NCBI RefSeq assembly: GCF_006345805.1
Contig: NC_043001.1
Coordinates: forward strand, 38,192,001 to 38,256,000
DNA length: 64,000 nucleotides
Reading direction: 5' to 3'
From: Octopus sinensis
Lineage: Eukaryota
The position numbers and the translations under genes are program-made. Each line of letters opens with the position of its first letter. Positions within the stretch are counted from its first letter, which is position 1. Positions 1-13,156 of this stretch are shown here, piece after piece. The notes beneath the pieces are model-generated. The model had not been told where the DNA came from. It did no database searches and saw nothing but the letters and a program-made list of their open reading frames with translations.

Positions 1-560
1 CAGAGTGAGAGTAATACTTATGACAGAGCTGAATGCAAGAAACAGGATTGAAGCAATCAATGCTTTAGCCATACCAGTCATGACTTACAGTTTCAATATC
101 ATTAACTGGTCAATTACTGAAATATGTAATCTTGACAGAAAACTATGTAAAGTGTTGACAATGCATATAATGCACCATCCTAAGGCAGATGTAGAACGAC
201 TTTATCTGCCAAGAAAAGAGGGAGGCCGGGGACTTTTACAACTGGCATTAACAATGAAGATTACCACAATTGGCCTAGACACCTACCTGAAAAACTCTGA
301 GGACTGGATGTTAAAACTTGTCTTAAAACATGAAAACAAGAAAGCATCATACTCAGTAACAAAACAAGCAAAAGAACATCTAAGTGAATTCCAAATACAA
401 CAAATTCCGGAATTAGACATATAAGAAACAAGTGCAGAAAAAGCTAAGCACATGAAAACTCGTGCTAAAACTGCTGCCTTAGATATTCTGACTGATAAAT
501 GACAAAAAAAAACCTCTCAATGGCAAATATCCAAAGAGAAGGAATAATGCTGAATAAATC
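1..560 (+). mobile_element. Non-LTR retrotransposon RT C-terminal fragment (R4/Dong- or R2-like), decayed
   Basis: ORF 5..424 has AINALAIPVMTYSF...HHPKADVERLYLPRKEGGRGL, typical of the post-RT region of RLE-type LINEs; the frame continues through stops to about 555. Confidence 0.75.
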
Positions 561-1034
561 CAAGAGAGTGGAGAGCAAGCATGAAGAAGGCAGATAAATG
601 GAGGGATAGTAGTAGAACAATTGTAGTTGTAGCTTGGGGCCGAAGGGACGCTGCAAAGACCCTTAGATAATGCCTACATTACACCATACAAGGTGCAATG
701 ATAGCATCATCTCCTTACATGGGGTGAGAAAGAGAGTGGGTGTGAGTGTGTGTCATTATTGTAATTTCTTAGAATTAGCCTAGGCTGACTTGTAAAAGAT
801 TGTGAATGAAACTATGACATCATGAGATCAATAGTTGAATGATTTAGTGAAAGAGTAGAAAATGCAGTGAATGATGAGTGGAATAACGAATACTACTTTA
901 TTGGAGGTAGTAGTCCTATAAGCTCTAAGCACCTACACCTATGATGTTTGAGCTAGAATGTAGCTGCACTCCCTATGCACCAGATTAATTTTAAGACCAT
1001 AACGGCTACATCCAATGCATAGGGTAATAGATTT

Positions 1035-1883
1035 TTCTAAAATCTAAGACTACAATTGTATTCATCTTGGCTTAGGAAAAATGATTAAATCGTAGGGGTT
1101 AAGCCCCCATTAAGGGGTCTTACTAACCTCCTAAGAAGTTGAAATTTTAGGAATATTACTTCATTTGTTAAATATCTATGGTTAAAATCTCATCAACAGC
1201 AAAAATATATGAATTTTCATAAAGTTATGGCCTCATTTATGCCCCCTCACTTTCAGACATATACTGCATTACATCCGCTCTTATGCATAGAATATAATTT
1301 CCAAATTTCATAAAGATCCATTCAGTACTTTTGACCTTGTTTCGGTTCATAAAAAAATGACTAAAATTTGGGAGTTAAGGCTCCTATTAGAGGGTCTTAG
1401 AATCCTCATAAGAAGTGAAAACTTTGGGAATACTTCTTGATTTGTGTCAATTACCTATGGTTGAAATTTCATCAAATTCAAACCAAACATACTGCATTAT
1501 ACCCACCTTTATGCATAGAATCTTAGTTCTAGGTATCATAAGGATACATTCAGTAATTTTGATCCATGAAAAATTACTAAAATTTGGGGGTTAAGCTCCT
1601 ATTAGGGAGTCTTAGAATCATCCAAAGAAATGGAAATTTTGGGTATATTTTAAAATTTATTTTTAATACCTATGGTTTAAATTTCATCAAAATCCGAAGC
1701 ATATGAATTTTCACGGGGGTGGGGTTCTCCCCCTTTCTGCCTCCTTAAAATTGTATGAAACATACGGCATTAACCTTCTCCCTAGGCTTGGATTTTGTGT
1801 TCCAAATTTCATTAGGATCAGTCCAGTAGCTTTCAAGTCTATAACACAAGAACACACATAGACATTGACTTTTACATAATAGA
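1035..1883 (-). mobile_element. Helitron/HINE-like non-autonomous element with about three internal diverged 200-280 bp repeats
   Basis: Block taaaatttggg.gttaag.ctcctattag.g.gtcttagaatc...tacctatggtt.aaatttcatcaa recurs near 1090, 1365 and 1580; the minus strand starts TCTATTAT at 1883; the 3' end is unclear. Confidence 0.4.
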
Positions 1884-4800
1884 TGACTTCATAGTGGTAG
1901 GTGTGTAAGCATGTGCATATTCTGTGTAAGTTAAGAAATGGTGACAAGTGAAAATTTTGTAAATATGATTATAAGTTTTCATCATATAGTAACTATAGGG
2001 CATATAAAACCCTGATGGTGGAAAAAATGGGCATTAGTACATGATTTGGACCCTACTCACCTGAAGATATGCATGTATATTGTTGAGTCATATTAATGCA
2101 AAAATGTGTATAATATATGTAACATTCAGTAATTACCAGCTGGTAAAGCTGTGCTGAAACAATTGTAGTGATTTGTAATAAAGCTTGTTCATTCCATCTT
2201 CTTGCATTTAAATTCTTTTATATATATATATATATATTAGGTGTCATCCGTGGTAAAGGCAGTCTCATCAGTGGTAGCTGCAAATGGTGAATGACACACT
2301 GCTAGGGACATACTCAAAATAAGGTTTGGATGCTAGATTTTAAAATTTCATATCTAAACACTTCAATTTTAATTGTAACTTATATATATATATATAATAT
2401 TAAGTTACAATTCAAACTCTAAAGCTGGTTGGTTAACATTTGCAAATTCAAATAAATTAGAAACATGCGTAAGTTCACTGAAGTTAGCATGAAAAAAATG
2501 AACCCACAAATGTTAAGAATAAAATTGAATTATCTTATTACTGTACAAGAAAAGAATAATTCTACCATCAATCATTAACAACATAAGATATTATTGATCA
2601 TAATAATGTAAGTTATGACTACAATTCTTGTTTTAGAGAATATAAAATTCACTGATGAGCTCATTGCTAAAGCTGTGAAATAGAATAAAATTCCAACAAC
2701 TTTGTGTATACATTGCAGATAAATTATATATACACAGACAGACATAAATAAACACACATGAATACATATATAGACATACACACATAATATTCTGAGTGTT
2801 CCTATTTCTATTCATTAATCAAGATTAAACAGATTCAGTTAATTTTCTCTATATTTTTTAACTAAATGAAAGGGCAAATATTTCATGACCCAGCTGCAAA
2901 AGAAATACTTGATAATTATAAACAAATAAAGATATTTGTTAACCAAAAGAACACAAGTGAGACTAAAAAATTATGGAACTGTTAATTTATTGAAAATTAA
3001 TATGCTTGCTACTGATTGATTATTTCCATACAGTGAAGGGTATGAGACCAAAGATAAATTAATATAAAGAAAATTATGTGAAATTTAGGTGGCATTCATA
3101 ATACCAACTTCTCTATAAATGCATAAAACAGCTGAAACAGTAAGAAAGCAAGTGAAAAGAATTGAAGACAAAATTAAAATGAGGTGCAAAAATAAAAAGA
3201 CTTTGTATGCATTAAAAATTTATAGTATCACCAACTAATACTAAAAAAAGTTATGCACCACTTACAAATAAACTTTGTTGTATAGAAAAGTATTCTTAAT
3301 TTAAATGACATGATGAAGTCAGTTTGCATGAGAAAAGTAACTCAAACAATCTCACCCAAAATTTTTCTGAGAATGTTGAGATCTATGAAGGGCCTAGCTT
3401 ATAAGAATAACAGGAATATGAGCTAGGTATGTATGTACATGTAGAACTTGATGTGATGTGTGAATTATGTATGCATAAATGCATCCATCACAACTAGTCA
3501 GAAAACAACTATTCAAATGAAATCTGTCTATGGAAACATGTTTTGATGCGTTATGATTGTGAGATACTGATGTGTTACTGTTTAGTAATGATTTGAAAAT
3601 ATGCCAAAAACTTCACACTGGTTCATGACATAGTTAAGCTAACTTTGAAAGAGAAGATGGTAAGAACCAAATGGAAAAATTAAATGATGAAAGCAACTAG
3701 GCTGTAAATATCTTTGGAAAGAACAAAATCCAATTTTGTCCAAAATGAAATTTTTAGATTTCTGAGTGTGAATGGAGTAAAAGAAAATTGTTTTGTAATC
3801 CTTAAGAAAAAAAAAAATTTATTTTACTAACAAGAATTTTGGTAAATGTCTAGCGCTAGACGATCAAACTCTCCAGTGCGAGACAATTACACAAAAATCT
3901 AGGTAGACAATGTTCTACCATTTTCTTAGAAAAATTCTAACTTTTCATATCTGTATATATATAAAAAAAAACAGGTACCTTCCTTTCTGAATTACTTTTC
4001 CATCATTATTAATGGACTTAAATAGTAAAAAGACATAAACGATTGGAAAAATGAAAATTTAACCTTTATCATTTACAAAGCTAAAGATTCTAAGACATCA
4101 AAACCGCGAGATTTCTTTCCGAGAAACGGGATGAGCTCTAAATTTTCGTTCGATATGACTTAAATGTTTTTTCTATTAGTGCCCATTCCTTACATTCAAG
4201 AATGCCAGCGCACACACCCAAATTTTCTCGCACGTTTGTATGTATATATTATAAGGCTTAGTCAGAGGAAGAAGTAGATACCATAACCTTTGAAGATTTC
4301 TGAGACTGTTGGGAAATGGGGCGAGTTATTCACAAATCGAAGCCCTTCTCTAAGTGCTTGCAACAGAGTGGACTGTATTAAAGGTACCAAAAAAAACACA
4401 CGAAGGTGTGCTAAACCCGAACCACGACTTCAGTTAAAAACCCCGTACAGTCCGTACAAATAGGCTATTGCATAATTCTCACATATTCATTTTCATTCAC
4501 AAGTCTTGACTGGCCTGAATGTCTAGGGTACCTCTTGGTATCCTGTCACTGGGGGAGGGGTTAATATTACAACTTAACTATCATCCATTAAAGTATTGTA
4601 TTCAGCAAAAGAAAAAATACATCAGTATAGTCAGGATAGTGAGGAAATTATTTTCGTCTTATGATTTCAAATTATACGAAATAGTATTTTTGTCAAGACA
4701 CAATTTAACTCAATTAAGCGGACGTGATCAATAATGCTTCAGCATTAACCAGTTATTTTATAATAGTGTTCAATTTTCATTTGCATTTTAATAATTTCGG

Positions 4801-5399
4801 TCGAGAGGAAGAGAATGTGCCCATGACATTCGCAGGCCCTTTACTTACACACGCACATATATACATGCTTCTCAAAAATAAAAGTTATGCATAAAAAAAT
4901 GGTTATATGTAGGTCTACATAATACTCGCTTGGATAATCTCTTTTAAGTTTTTCCAACTCGCTATATAACAACTTGGGACTCCTACAGCATATACATCTG
5001 TGTATGTGCATAACAGTTAATTGGGAACTTAACTTCATGTCGATCTTCTAGCACAAAATCTTCCCAGAATTATAGATTCACAGTTAACTGGATAATCGTG
5101 ATATGTATCAACTAAAACGAATGATTTATTTGGAATCTTCTAACATAATTTGGGAAAATCTTAATTTCATCTTGGGTAGCCTTATAAGGTAAAACAATTG
5201 TTTTACCAACAGCATATACATATTATATATCTAATCAGACCAGTAAACATCTTTGAATAAACACAATGAAACATTGTTGCTTGGCAATAATTTTCACATG
5301 GGTAGATAGGTTTAGGGGAAAGAAAACCTAAGATTGTAAGACAAAAAAAAAATAGTCTGGTGAATTTGAAATGAAGTTGCAACAATCGAGAATCGAAAC

Positions 5400-5878
5400 A
5401 TGCTTATTCAGATAAAGTAAGGCATAATTTTTAGAAATACAGAACAATTCAACTTCAAAACTGACTAGTTTTTTTCCATTCATTCCAAACAAGTAGTTTT
5501 TTTTCCTTCATTATGACGAACTGAGAGGAAATACCGAAATTAGAAACGAAAACCGCGCAATTGATGCCGATATTTCCCGTACCATTGTACTTATCGCAGT
5601 TGTTACAAGAAGCAAAACTATATAGAAAAATTAATAGCTTTAAGATAGAAGGCTATTAACTTCATTAACTACCTTATTATTTTTTTCTTTTTTGTCAAAT
5701 TTGGAAATTCCCCCAATTTTTTTTATTACTTTTCTTGAAATATTTTATTTTATTGTTTGTTTCGAAGCTGTTGCTATTCTGATAACACTTCCTGCATGTC
5801 AACACGTGCCCTCATTAAAACCTTCTTTCATTCTCATATCCCGCCAACCTTCTAATTCTGTTATATTACGCGGCAAAT
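5400..5878 (+). promoter_or_regulatory. Probable SSBP1 promoter / 5' UTR region
   Basis: Visibly more CpG dinucleotides than the flanks, directly upstream of the inferred start exon; no specific motif identified. Confidence 0.3.
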
Positions 5879-5902
5879 ATGTTCACTCGCAACTTAACTC
5901 AG
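5879..5902 (+). CDS. SSBP1: Mitochondrial ssDNA-binding protein, coding exon 1 (MFTRNLTQ)
   Basis: ATG plus 8 codons then CAG|gttagt donor, phase 0; resembles human MFRRPVLQ and joins in frame to the 9658 exon. Confidence 0.7.
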
Positions 5903-7349
5903 GTTAGTGTATTGTTGTTAGAGCCTACTGAGCAAAGGCGTTCCAGCCATGACTATCTCGTTTTGTTTCAGACAGTGTGTATTCTTGAAGAAGATTCGGT
6001 TGCTACTTGTAACAAGTCGAGTATTCGCGTGAAGCCTCCTATATGATTCGGTTTTGTAATAGGATAGGTTCGTGTATTTGTTGATATATATTTCACACAT
6101 ACAAAAGAAAGTTTGTGATTTTATCTTTGCAACCGTTGTTTTCTACTCCTATAAACTTTTATGCATTTATTGATGTTTAACAATCACAAACCTGGGATTT
6201 GTAGATAAAAAGAAATGAATCAGCGATATTCGTACCTTTTTTTTAGTGACATTGCATAAATGAATTAATATTGTTATAACTAAAAGTTTAAAAGCTGAGT
6301 CACGGACTCTCTTTTTTTTCTGGATGTTTACCTTTACAGTGCTTCTTGTGTATATATTTATCTTATTGAGTACTGCTGCGGAGTCGTAGATGAATTATTT
6401 TTCTATATCGAAAACATTAACATTATGAATAAATGTTAAGCAACAAGTTAAAGAAGAATTTATAGACACTGATATACACCTGTCTTAAAAAAAAGTTTTA
6501 GAAAAATAATTAACTTTCGCCAAAGCATATTTCTGTTTATCTGCGTCAATTACTTCAATCTCATTAATAAATATAAAACATACACACATGTACAGAATTG
6601 TTTATATACATTTATTACAAGTTAATGACATAAGGGACATAACTCTATAATGACAACTGCCCAAAGTGCCTTAATATCTTCACGACCATATGTTGTGTGT
6701 ATTTTTGATACGTTGAGATTGCAGTTGCTGTTTTTTTTTTTTATTATTGCTTTGTGTTACTATCGAATCGTTTCATTATTTCTTGCCCTAATAATGTGTT
6801 TGGGAATCTGAGATTGTTCTTTGTGAGGTGAGGCAAACATTTGGAAGACTCGAAATAGTTTTGGTTCGAAGAAAATTTCGGTAAAATTTTCGACACTCTG
6901 GATGAGGACGCTTCAGAAAATAGTTATAAATTTCCGGTTTTCGTGAAATAATCGCTGACAGTACATTAAGATTTGTAAATCAACTAGAATACTCCGCAGA
7001 CTTCTTTTATTGACGATCAAAAACTAGATATTTTATACAAATCGGATTATCTTGATCCATTAGTTTTGTAAAGATTCAAGCAAGACTCCAACTTAAGTTT
7101 TGACTGTTCGTTTTGCTTGGGTAACAATTGGTGTAAGCAGAATGTATAAAGCAACAACAATAATGGAAAGTAAATTACAAATTAAACCAAAAAACAGCTT
7201 TCGACAAACTTAACGATGGATTGCCTTATCATTTTAGATTTAAATAGCGAAATATATAAGGAAGTATAGAAGCACAAGTAGGGATATCTCACGAGATTTT
7301 CGGCTCATCTGTTGGTTTGTTTTAACTAAGGTTTTATTATTTCAAAATC

Positions 7350-7822
7350 TGACAATCACAGGTAGACCATGCTTTGCTGATGAAGTCAGGTGTTATTTGG
7401 GGGTGTGGTGGGGTCTCAACCAGAATTAGACATGTTAATAATAATTGTTTTTAATGGATAAAATTTTGTTAACTCACTACAAGTATGTCAATTAAGTTTC
7501 CATACATTTAATATCTTTAGGCTAAATGCAATCTTAATGTTAGGATTCCATCTGTGTATAAAATTTCAAGAAAATCAGTTGAAAACTTTAAAGGTTATGA
7601 CAGAAAATAACATTCATATGAGAATTTGCATTGAAATATCCTATTGATTTTTGAAAAAAACGACGCTGATTAAAAATTATCGATTTTTTTTAAAGTGACC
7701 GCATGGGCATAAGCTCCACACACTAGTAAAGTTTCATCAAGATCAGTTGGATAGTCTCAGAGAAGTTAAAGTAACAGATTAACAAACACACACAGATCGA
7801 AATTACCATTTCTGTATATAGA
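7350..7822 (-). mobile_element. Helitron/HINE-like non-autonomous element
   Basis: Minus strand starts TCTATATA; carries aaatttcaagaaaatc and aagtttcatcaagatcagttggatag...acaaacacacacag motifs like the 1035-1883 element; left boundary uncertain. Confidence 0.35.
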
Positions 7823-7837
7823 TAAGCACACACACAC

Positions 7838-7995
7838 ACATGACAGGCTTCTATACAGCTTCTGTCTACTAAATTCACTCTCAATACTTTGGTCAGCCTG
7901 GAGCTAGAGTAGTTACTTGCCCCAGGTGCTGCACAGTGGGACTGAACCCAAAATCAGATGGTTGCAAAGTGAGCTTCTTAACAACACAGCCATGC
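7838..7995 (-). mobile_element. tRNA-derived SINE (family also at about 18150, 19620, 43800, 51730)
   Basis: Shares ctactaaattcactc..a..ctttggtcagcc.ggagcta.agtag..acttgccc.aggtg...ca.tgggactgaacc with other copies in the window. Confidence 0.6.
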
Positions 7996-8524
7996 TTGAG
8001 GATTTTTTTTTTCATATAATTTCTAAACTTTTGATACTTAAATGAGATTAAATTTAGAGATAAGGAAATCAACAAGTAACAGTGATCAAACATCTGGTAA
8101 TTTAAGAGGTTACAAAAGGTTAGTTCTGTTCTGACACTTATTAAAATGTAGATAGAGTGCTTTTGCAAATATATATCCATTACATGATATTCTGGATACC
8201 AAACATCTAGTGGCCTGTTCAGTCTAGTTACAGTGTCATTGATTTTTGTTACCTGGGTTATCTTATCCATAAAGTATGAAGCTATTAAAGAAAATGGCTT
8301 ATTTTATTACTAGTCATCTTATGAAATTCATTTACAATCACAGATTCTTAAAAAAAGAATGAAGTTTTACTAACTGGACAGGTTTTGAGAATGTGACTGA
8401 TGCTACTTTAATTGTGATCAAGAAGTTTGTTAGAAGAATCTAGCCACATAAATTGTTTCAGTCTGTTATGAACCTTATATTCCTGTCTTAGAAGAAGTGA
8501 AAATTCTTGTAACATATGGAAGTA

Positions 8525-8715
8525 AAAAGGCAGCGAGCTGGCAGAATTGTTAGCATGCTGGGCGAAATGCTTAGCTGTATTTCGTTTGTTATCACGTTCT
8601 GAGTTCAAATCCTGCTGGGGTTGACTTTACCTTTCATCCTTTCAGGATCGATGTAAACAACTGGTCCCCTCCCCAAAAATGTCAGGCCTTGTGCCTATAA
8701 TAGAAAGGATATTCA
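8525..8715 (+). mobile_element. tRNA-derived SINE
   Basis: A-box-like TGGCAGAATTGTTAG and B-box-like GAGTTCAAATCC; related copies at 28205, 43085, 47918. Confidence 0.7.
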
Positions 8716-9082
8716 AAGCAAATCATCAATAAATTAGAATTGTAGTAGGATTGATAATATTAGAAGTGTTATCTTTTTTAAAATCAGAAATCTTTTCATA
8801 ACCTTAGGAATATTGAAAATATTATTGAAAATATTTGGTCAGTTTCATATTCATTTTGCTATCAAATTAAATTTTCATTGTCATTGTAGGGAAAATTTTC
8901 GGCTCAGTCTGTTTATCTTTCCAGGAAATTATTTTCTTTTTTCTGTATCAGTGGTCTCTGCATACAATTTAAGACATCTACATTGCAACATAAAGAATTT
9001 GAACTCACAACTTCTCTTCTATGACAGACATAAAATTTTACATTTTGATATTGATTTTTTAAAACTGGAAATTTCATTCTAA

Positions 9083-9460
9083 TCTCTCTATATCATCATC
9101 ATCATCATTTAGCGTCCGTTTTCCACGGCAAAATGTCTGTGCGTGTCCTTTATACAAATCCACAATTTTTCAGTTAGAGGGCTCACACTTTCTATGGTCA
9201 TTCAAAACCGTCCAAGGGTGGTTGTGTACATCTTTACGTTTCCCCAGTCACCCCGCAAAGTCATTAAAAAATCAATAGAAGTGAATTTTCTCTCCAAAAC
9301 CCAATCAAAATGCCCAAAACTTGATATGCCAATTGAATGCCAGCTAGCTGTATGTGATTGGTTGGAGATTTAGACAGTACTCGCATGTATGTGCACACGC
9401 ACGCAGCTGTATATGCATGCACTAGCACTATGACCCGGTGTTGCCAGGTCATAGTGCTAG
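9083..9460 (+). mobile_element. Helitron-like non-autonomous element, copy 1
   Basis: Near-identical to 10298-10659; ends in hairpin ...tgacccggtgttgccaggtcatagtgCTAG followed by T. Confidence 0.7.
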
Positions 9461-9657
9461 TAAATGAATAGAGTATTAAGAACTTCAGTTATTTTTGTCC
9501 ATTCTAAACTCAATGATTCTATAAAGGAACTCAACAGATTAATTGGTATCTGCTGCATTTCTGTACTGTATTCTGTAATTTCTTTTTATTGTAAATGTGT
9601 GCAACCCATGCAGCATGGAATACAGACATTAAATGATGTTATCTTGATATTTTGTAG

Positions 9658-9739
9658 TTGCTACGCCATACAAAGTACATAGGTATCCCTGTAGCTCGGT
9701 GTGCTGATGATGCTACATCTCTTCTAAAGTTTGAAAAAT
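9658..9739 (+). CDS. SSBP1: SSBP1 coding exon 2 (LLRHTKYIGIPVARCADDATSLLKFEK)
   Basis: ttgtag acceptor, T|gtaagt donor; 82 nt, phase 0 to 1; joins to give FEKCLNQVNLIG. Confidence 0.85.
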
Positions 9740-10297
9740 GTAAGTTACATTCTGAAATTTGTAAATTGGTATTGCATGCTCCTGATAAAATTTCAAAACT
9801 GTTCTAAAGATCACAGCTGAATGATTGATATCAATAAAAAAGTATGGATCTTTAAATTATGTATTTATTTTTAGCCTAATTTCTGTGACCATTTGATTAT
9901 TATGATCATTGTTGTTCATTTTTCCATGCTTATTATATAAAGTCTGTGCATGATAGTGAGGTGCAGATACAGAATAGACAGAAATTAGTTGTGTTAGTTT
10001 ATTTGCTTACATGTAAAGCAGAATGCCAAGACCTGCAGAAGAGCTTGACATCATTGGTACAACTGATGATATGTATTGAAAAGACAGCTGTATTGATATG
10101 GATATATAACAACAATGGAAAAGGACCATGAAAAATATGGAAGGAAGTGATTTATCATATTAAAGATATTTCATCTCACAAGTATGATGACAAAAACTAG
10201 AAAGTCAAAGATTGTGAGCTAAAGTGGAGAAACAAATTTCAGTCTTAGTTTGAAGCAGAAATCATACTTTATGCATTTATTTTGTGTTAGATAAATA

Positions 10298-10659
10298 TCT
10301 CTATATATAAACGGCAAAATGTCTGTCTGTGTGTATGTCCTTTATACAAATCCACAATTTTTCAGTTAGAGGGCTCGCACTTTCTATGGTCATTCAAAAC
10401 CGTCCAAGGGTGGTCGTGCACATCTTTACATTTCCCCAGTCACCCTGCAAAGCCATTAAAAAATCAATAGAAGTGACTTTTTTGTGAATTTTCTATCCAA
10501 AACCCAATCAAAACGCCTGAAACTTGATACGCCAATTGAATGCCAGCTAGCTGTATGTGATCAGAGATTTGGACAGTACTCGCGTGTATGTGCGCACGCA
10601 CGCAGCTGTATATGCATGCACTAGCACAATGACCCGGCAACGCCGGGTCATAGTGCTAG
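10298..10659 (+). mobile_element. Helitron-like non-autonomous element, copy 2
   Basis: Inserted between A and T, 5' TCTCTATATATAAA, 3' hairpin atgacccggc-aac-gccgggtcat then CTAG, no TSD. Confidence 0.75.
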
Positions 10660-10844
10660 TGTGCTATAAAAGTGTCTTCCAAATTGTGGGAATTGAGTTT
10701 GCGGCTTAGATTTAAAACACGTTCATTTTATTACATTTGTAAATGTAATTCAGAAAAAATAAACTGCTAAAAACAATACTGAAATAAATCTTTAGAGTTA
10801 CAGAATTATATATGTTGATGAATAATGTTTTTTATTGTTTTCAG

Positions 10845-10964
10845 GTTTGAACCAAGTAAATTTGATTGGTCGAATTGGACGAGATGCAGAAGCTCGTGGC
10901 TCAGAAAGCCATCCTGTTATTATATTATCATTGGCAACAAGCTTTGTTTACTCTAAATCTTCTG
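10845..10964 (+). CDS. SSBP1: SSBP1 coding exon 3 (LNQVNLIGRIGRD...ILSLATSFVYSKSS)
   Basis: ttttcag acceptor, G|gtaagt donor; 120 nt; SSB OB-fold beta1 motif N.V.LIGR.G.D. Confidence 0.95.
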
Positions 10965-11245
10965 GTAAGTTAATTTTATGTCATCCACACAGTCTACAAC
11001 TTGAAATAACTGACAGGTATAAAAATGAAAAGTGGTGTAATTATTTTCACACCATTGATCTGCCTCACTGAATATCTTCCTTTTTTTTTTAATTGTCTTA
11101 TTTCTAAGGCCTGTAACACTTCATAACATGGTCTTTTTTCAAATTATTTACACTTCTACCCCTTTCAAGCTCACATGTATTTACTATTTCCTACAAGTTA
11201 TACATAAGTGTTGAATATAGCAATTATTTTGTAAGCTATATATAT

Positions 11246-11725
11246 CATCATTTAATGTCCATTGTCCATGCTGGTATGGATTGGACGGTTTGACTGGGCT
11301 GGCATGCTGGAAGGCTGCACCAGACTCCAGTCTGATTTGGCATGGTTGCCAACCACTCTGAGAGTGAAATGGGTACTTTTACGTGCCACTGGCATGGATG
11401 CCATTTGCATAACACCAGGATACGTTTACGTGCCATCGGCATAGGTGCCAGTTTGCGTGACACTGGTATCTGCCATGGCTGCTTGATAGGTCTTCTTCTC
11501 AAGCACAACATAATGCAAAGGTCTTGGTCATTGCCTCCATGAGGCCCAACACTTGAAAGGAACTCAGCCACTTTGCCTCCGTGAGGCCCAACACTCGAAA
11601 GAAACTCAGCCACTTAGCCTCTGTGAGGCCCAACGTTCCAAAGACACTCTTTATGTGCCCCCAGCATGGATGCTCTAGGTTTGACAGGTGCTCTCAAGCA
11701 CAGCACATCACCAAAGGTCTCACTC
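11246..11725 (-). mobile_element. RTE LINE 3' UTR fragment
   Basis: (CAT)n tail plus shared ccatgctggtatgg...ggctgcaccagactccagtctgatttggc...gccaaccactc segment, also attached to RT-coding pieces at 13157 and 59438. Confidence 0.75.
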
Positions 11726-11890
11726 ACTAAACAGAGATATATATTTCTAGGGCAAAGAGTGTATGTACGCAGCACATACACTACATGCCTAATTCTCATT
11801 TTTCAAGGATAAATAATTTTTGTGTAACATGGAATTTATCATTGATAATATTTTTACTATCTTCATTGTATTCATGATATTTTTTTGTAG

Positions 11891-12876
11891 AGTGTTCATG
11901 TTAAGATTACATGTTCCAAGTGGGGCTCACTCATGATAGTGGAAGGGGTTCAAATCCTAGGGTTTATTATGATATCAAGGATAGCAAGTTTGAAGAATTT
12001 TACTGCCGGGTTCTGGATGGTGTTGCTGAACCACCAGAGAAGTGTGATTGGTCTCAAGAACCAGAAACTGTTTTACGAACTTTGTTTAACATTTTGCACG
12101 ACGTTATTTTTTATATTGAGCAAAGATTTAAAACACCATTGTTTTAAATCTTTGAGTTCAGATTTGTTGAATATTAAGCTTTTTCATGCTTACAAAAAAT
12201 AATTTTGATGGAAGCGTTTTCATCTTTGGATGTCTATAAAAGCTTATTGGATTTAGATAGATTGAAATGTAAGCTGAAATCAGTTTATGCTGCAGATTTT
12301 GCAAAGTAGAAGTCAAGCATCCAAGAAGTCACAAACATAATACAGGAGCTTGAACTAAATCAAGCCCTGGTCTAATTCTGATCATAACTGCCAAATCTGC
12401 TTCCTGAGAGAAATTGCCTTCTTCCTTAAAGTGAGTAGATAATTATGTGAGGTATTCTCAAAGTGAAGAGAGGTTGAGTAATTTGGTTCTCATTTCCATG
12501 AATAAAGACCTTTTGAAGAAGATGGAGGTAGAGCCTAGTGCTGATACATTTTATAGCAAAGCGATTGATTTGCCAAAATAAAATGAAGAATTGAACTGAT
12601 TTACTACTAAATTTTAAATAGTACATTATTTATAGGTTCTATTATTTTCTTAGATTTCTCGTGTAACCAATAAGTCATCATGGCAGGCTAATGGAAGATC
12701 ATCAAGTTCAGTGCATGGAGGTATCAAACCTGAAGTATGGCCTGTTGATAGAAGTGTATTTTTTTTTCACATTAAAATTAATTCATATCATATTCATTGA
12801 TGGGTGGGGGGATACTTTTCCAGGGTGGGAAGAGTAAAGCTTCACTGCTCCACTCTCCACCTTGGCAATTGGCCTG
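11891..12876 (+). mobile_element. hAT (Tip100/ZMYM1-like) transposase C-terminal remnant
   Basis: Broken frames give KDSKFEEFYCRV...IEQRF and LIITAKSAS*EK...YSQSEERLSNLVLISMNKDLL (hAT dimerisation domain); possible right TIR ending ggcaattggcctg. Confidence 0.75.
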
Positions 12877-13086
12877 CATTATGGAGTGCATGGCCTGGTT
12901 TCCAAGTCACCCTTTGTCACTGGTGTATATATATTTATATATATATATATATATTACATGTAGGAACGCCTTCTTAGAATCTATCTGTACATCTTGAAAA
13001 TGGCCAGCGTATATATTTCACAGACTTGAAACGTAGTTCTGAATCCATGAGAAACCACTTTGACAGCTTTCTTCAAATTATGCCAA

Positions 13087-13117
<31 letters not shown>

Positions 13118-13156
13118 GAGACCAAAGTGTACACACACCACTATATATATATATAT

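Noticed and set aside
2645-2680. CTGATGA occurrences here and at about 7378, 9705, 30450, 49440, 60157
   Set aside because: No stem II followed by GAAA; chance heptamers.
4841-5600. Possible divergent minus-strand gene (e.g. RSPKLLYSELEKLKRDYPSE, MVREISASIARF)
   Set aside because: No consistent exon chain or recognisable domain; would need implausibly short introns.
6795-7150. Protein-looking frame readable if TAA/TAG were Gln
   Set aside because: Stop frequency is about what AT-rich noncoding DNA gives; no homology recognised.
8525-8620. tRNA gene
   Set aside because: Only A/B-box-like head of a SINE; no cloverleaf could be folded.
9464-9487. Alternative SSBP1 start exon MNRVLRTS
   Set aside because: Weaker donor (gttatt) and no good upstream acceptor; MFTRNLTQ|gttagt at 5879 fits better, though this is not excluded.
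12990-13045. CTTGAAAA...GAAACGT hammerhead-like spacing
   Set aside because: Core and stem II too degenerate, no convincing stem I.
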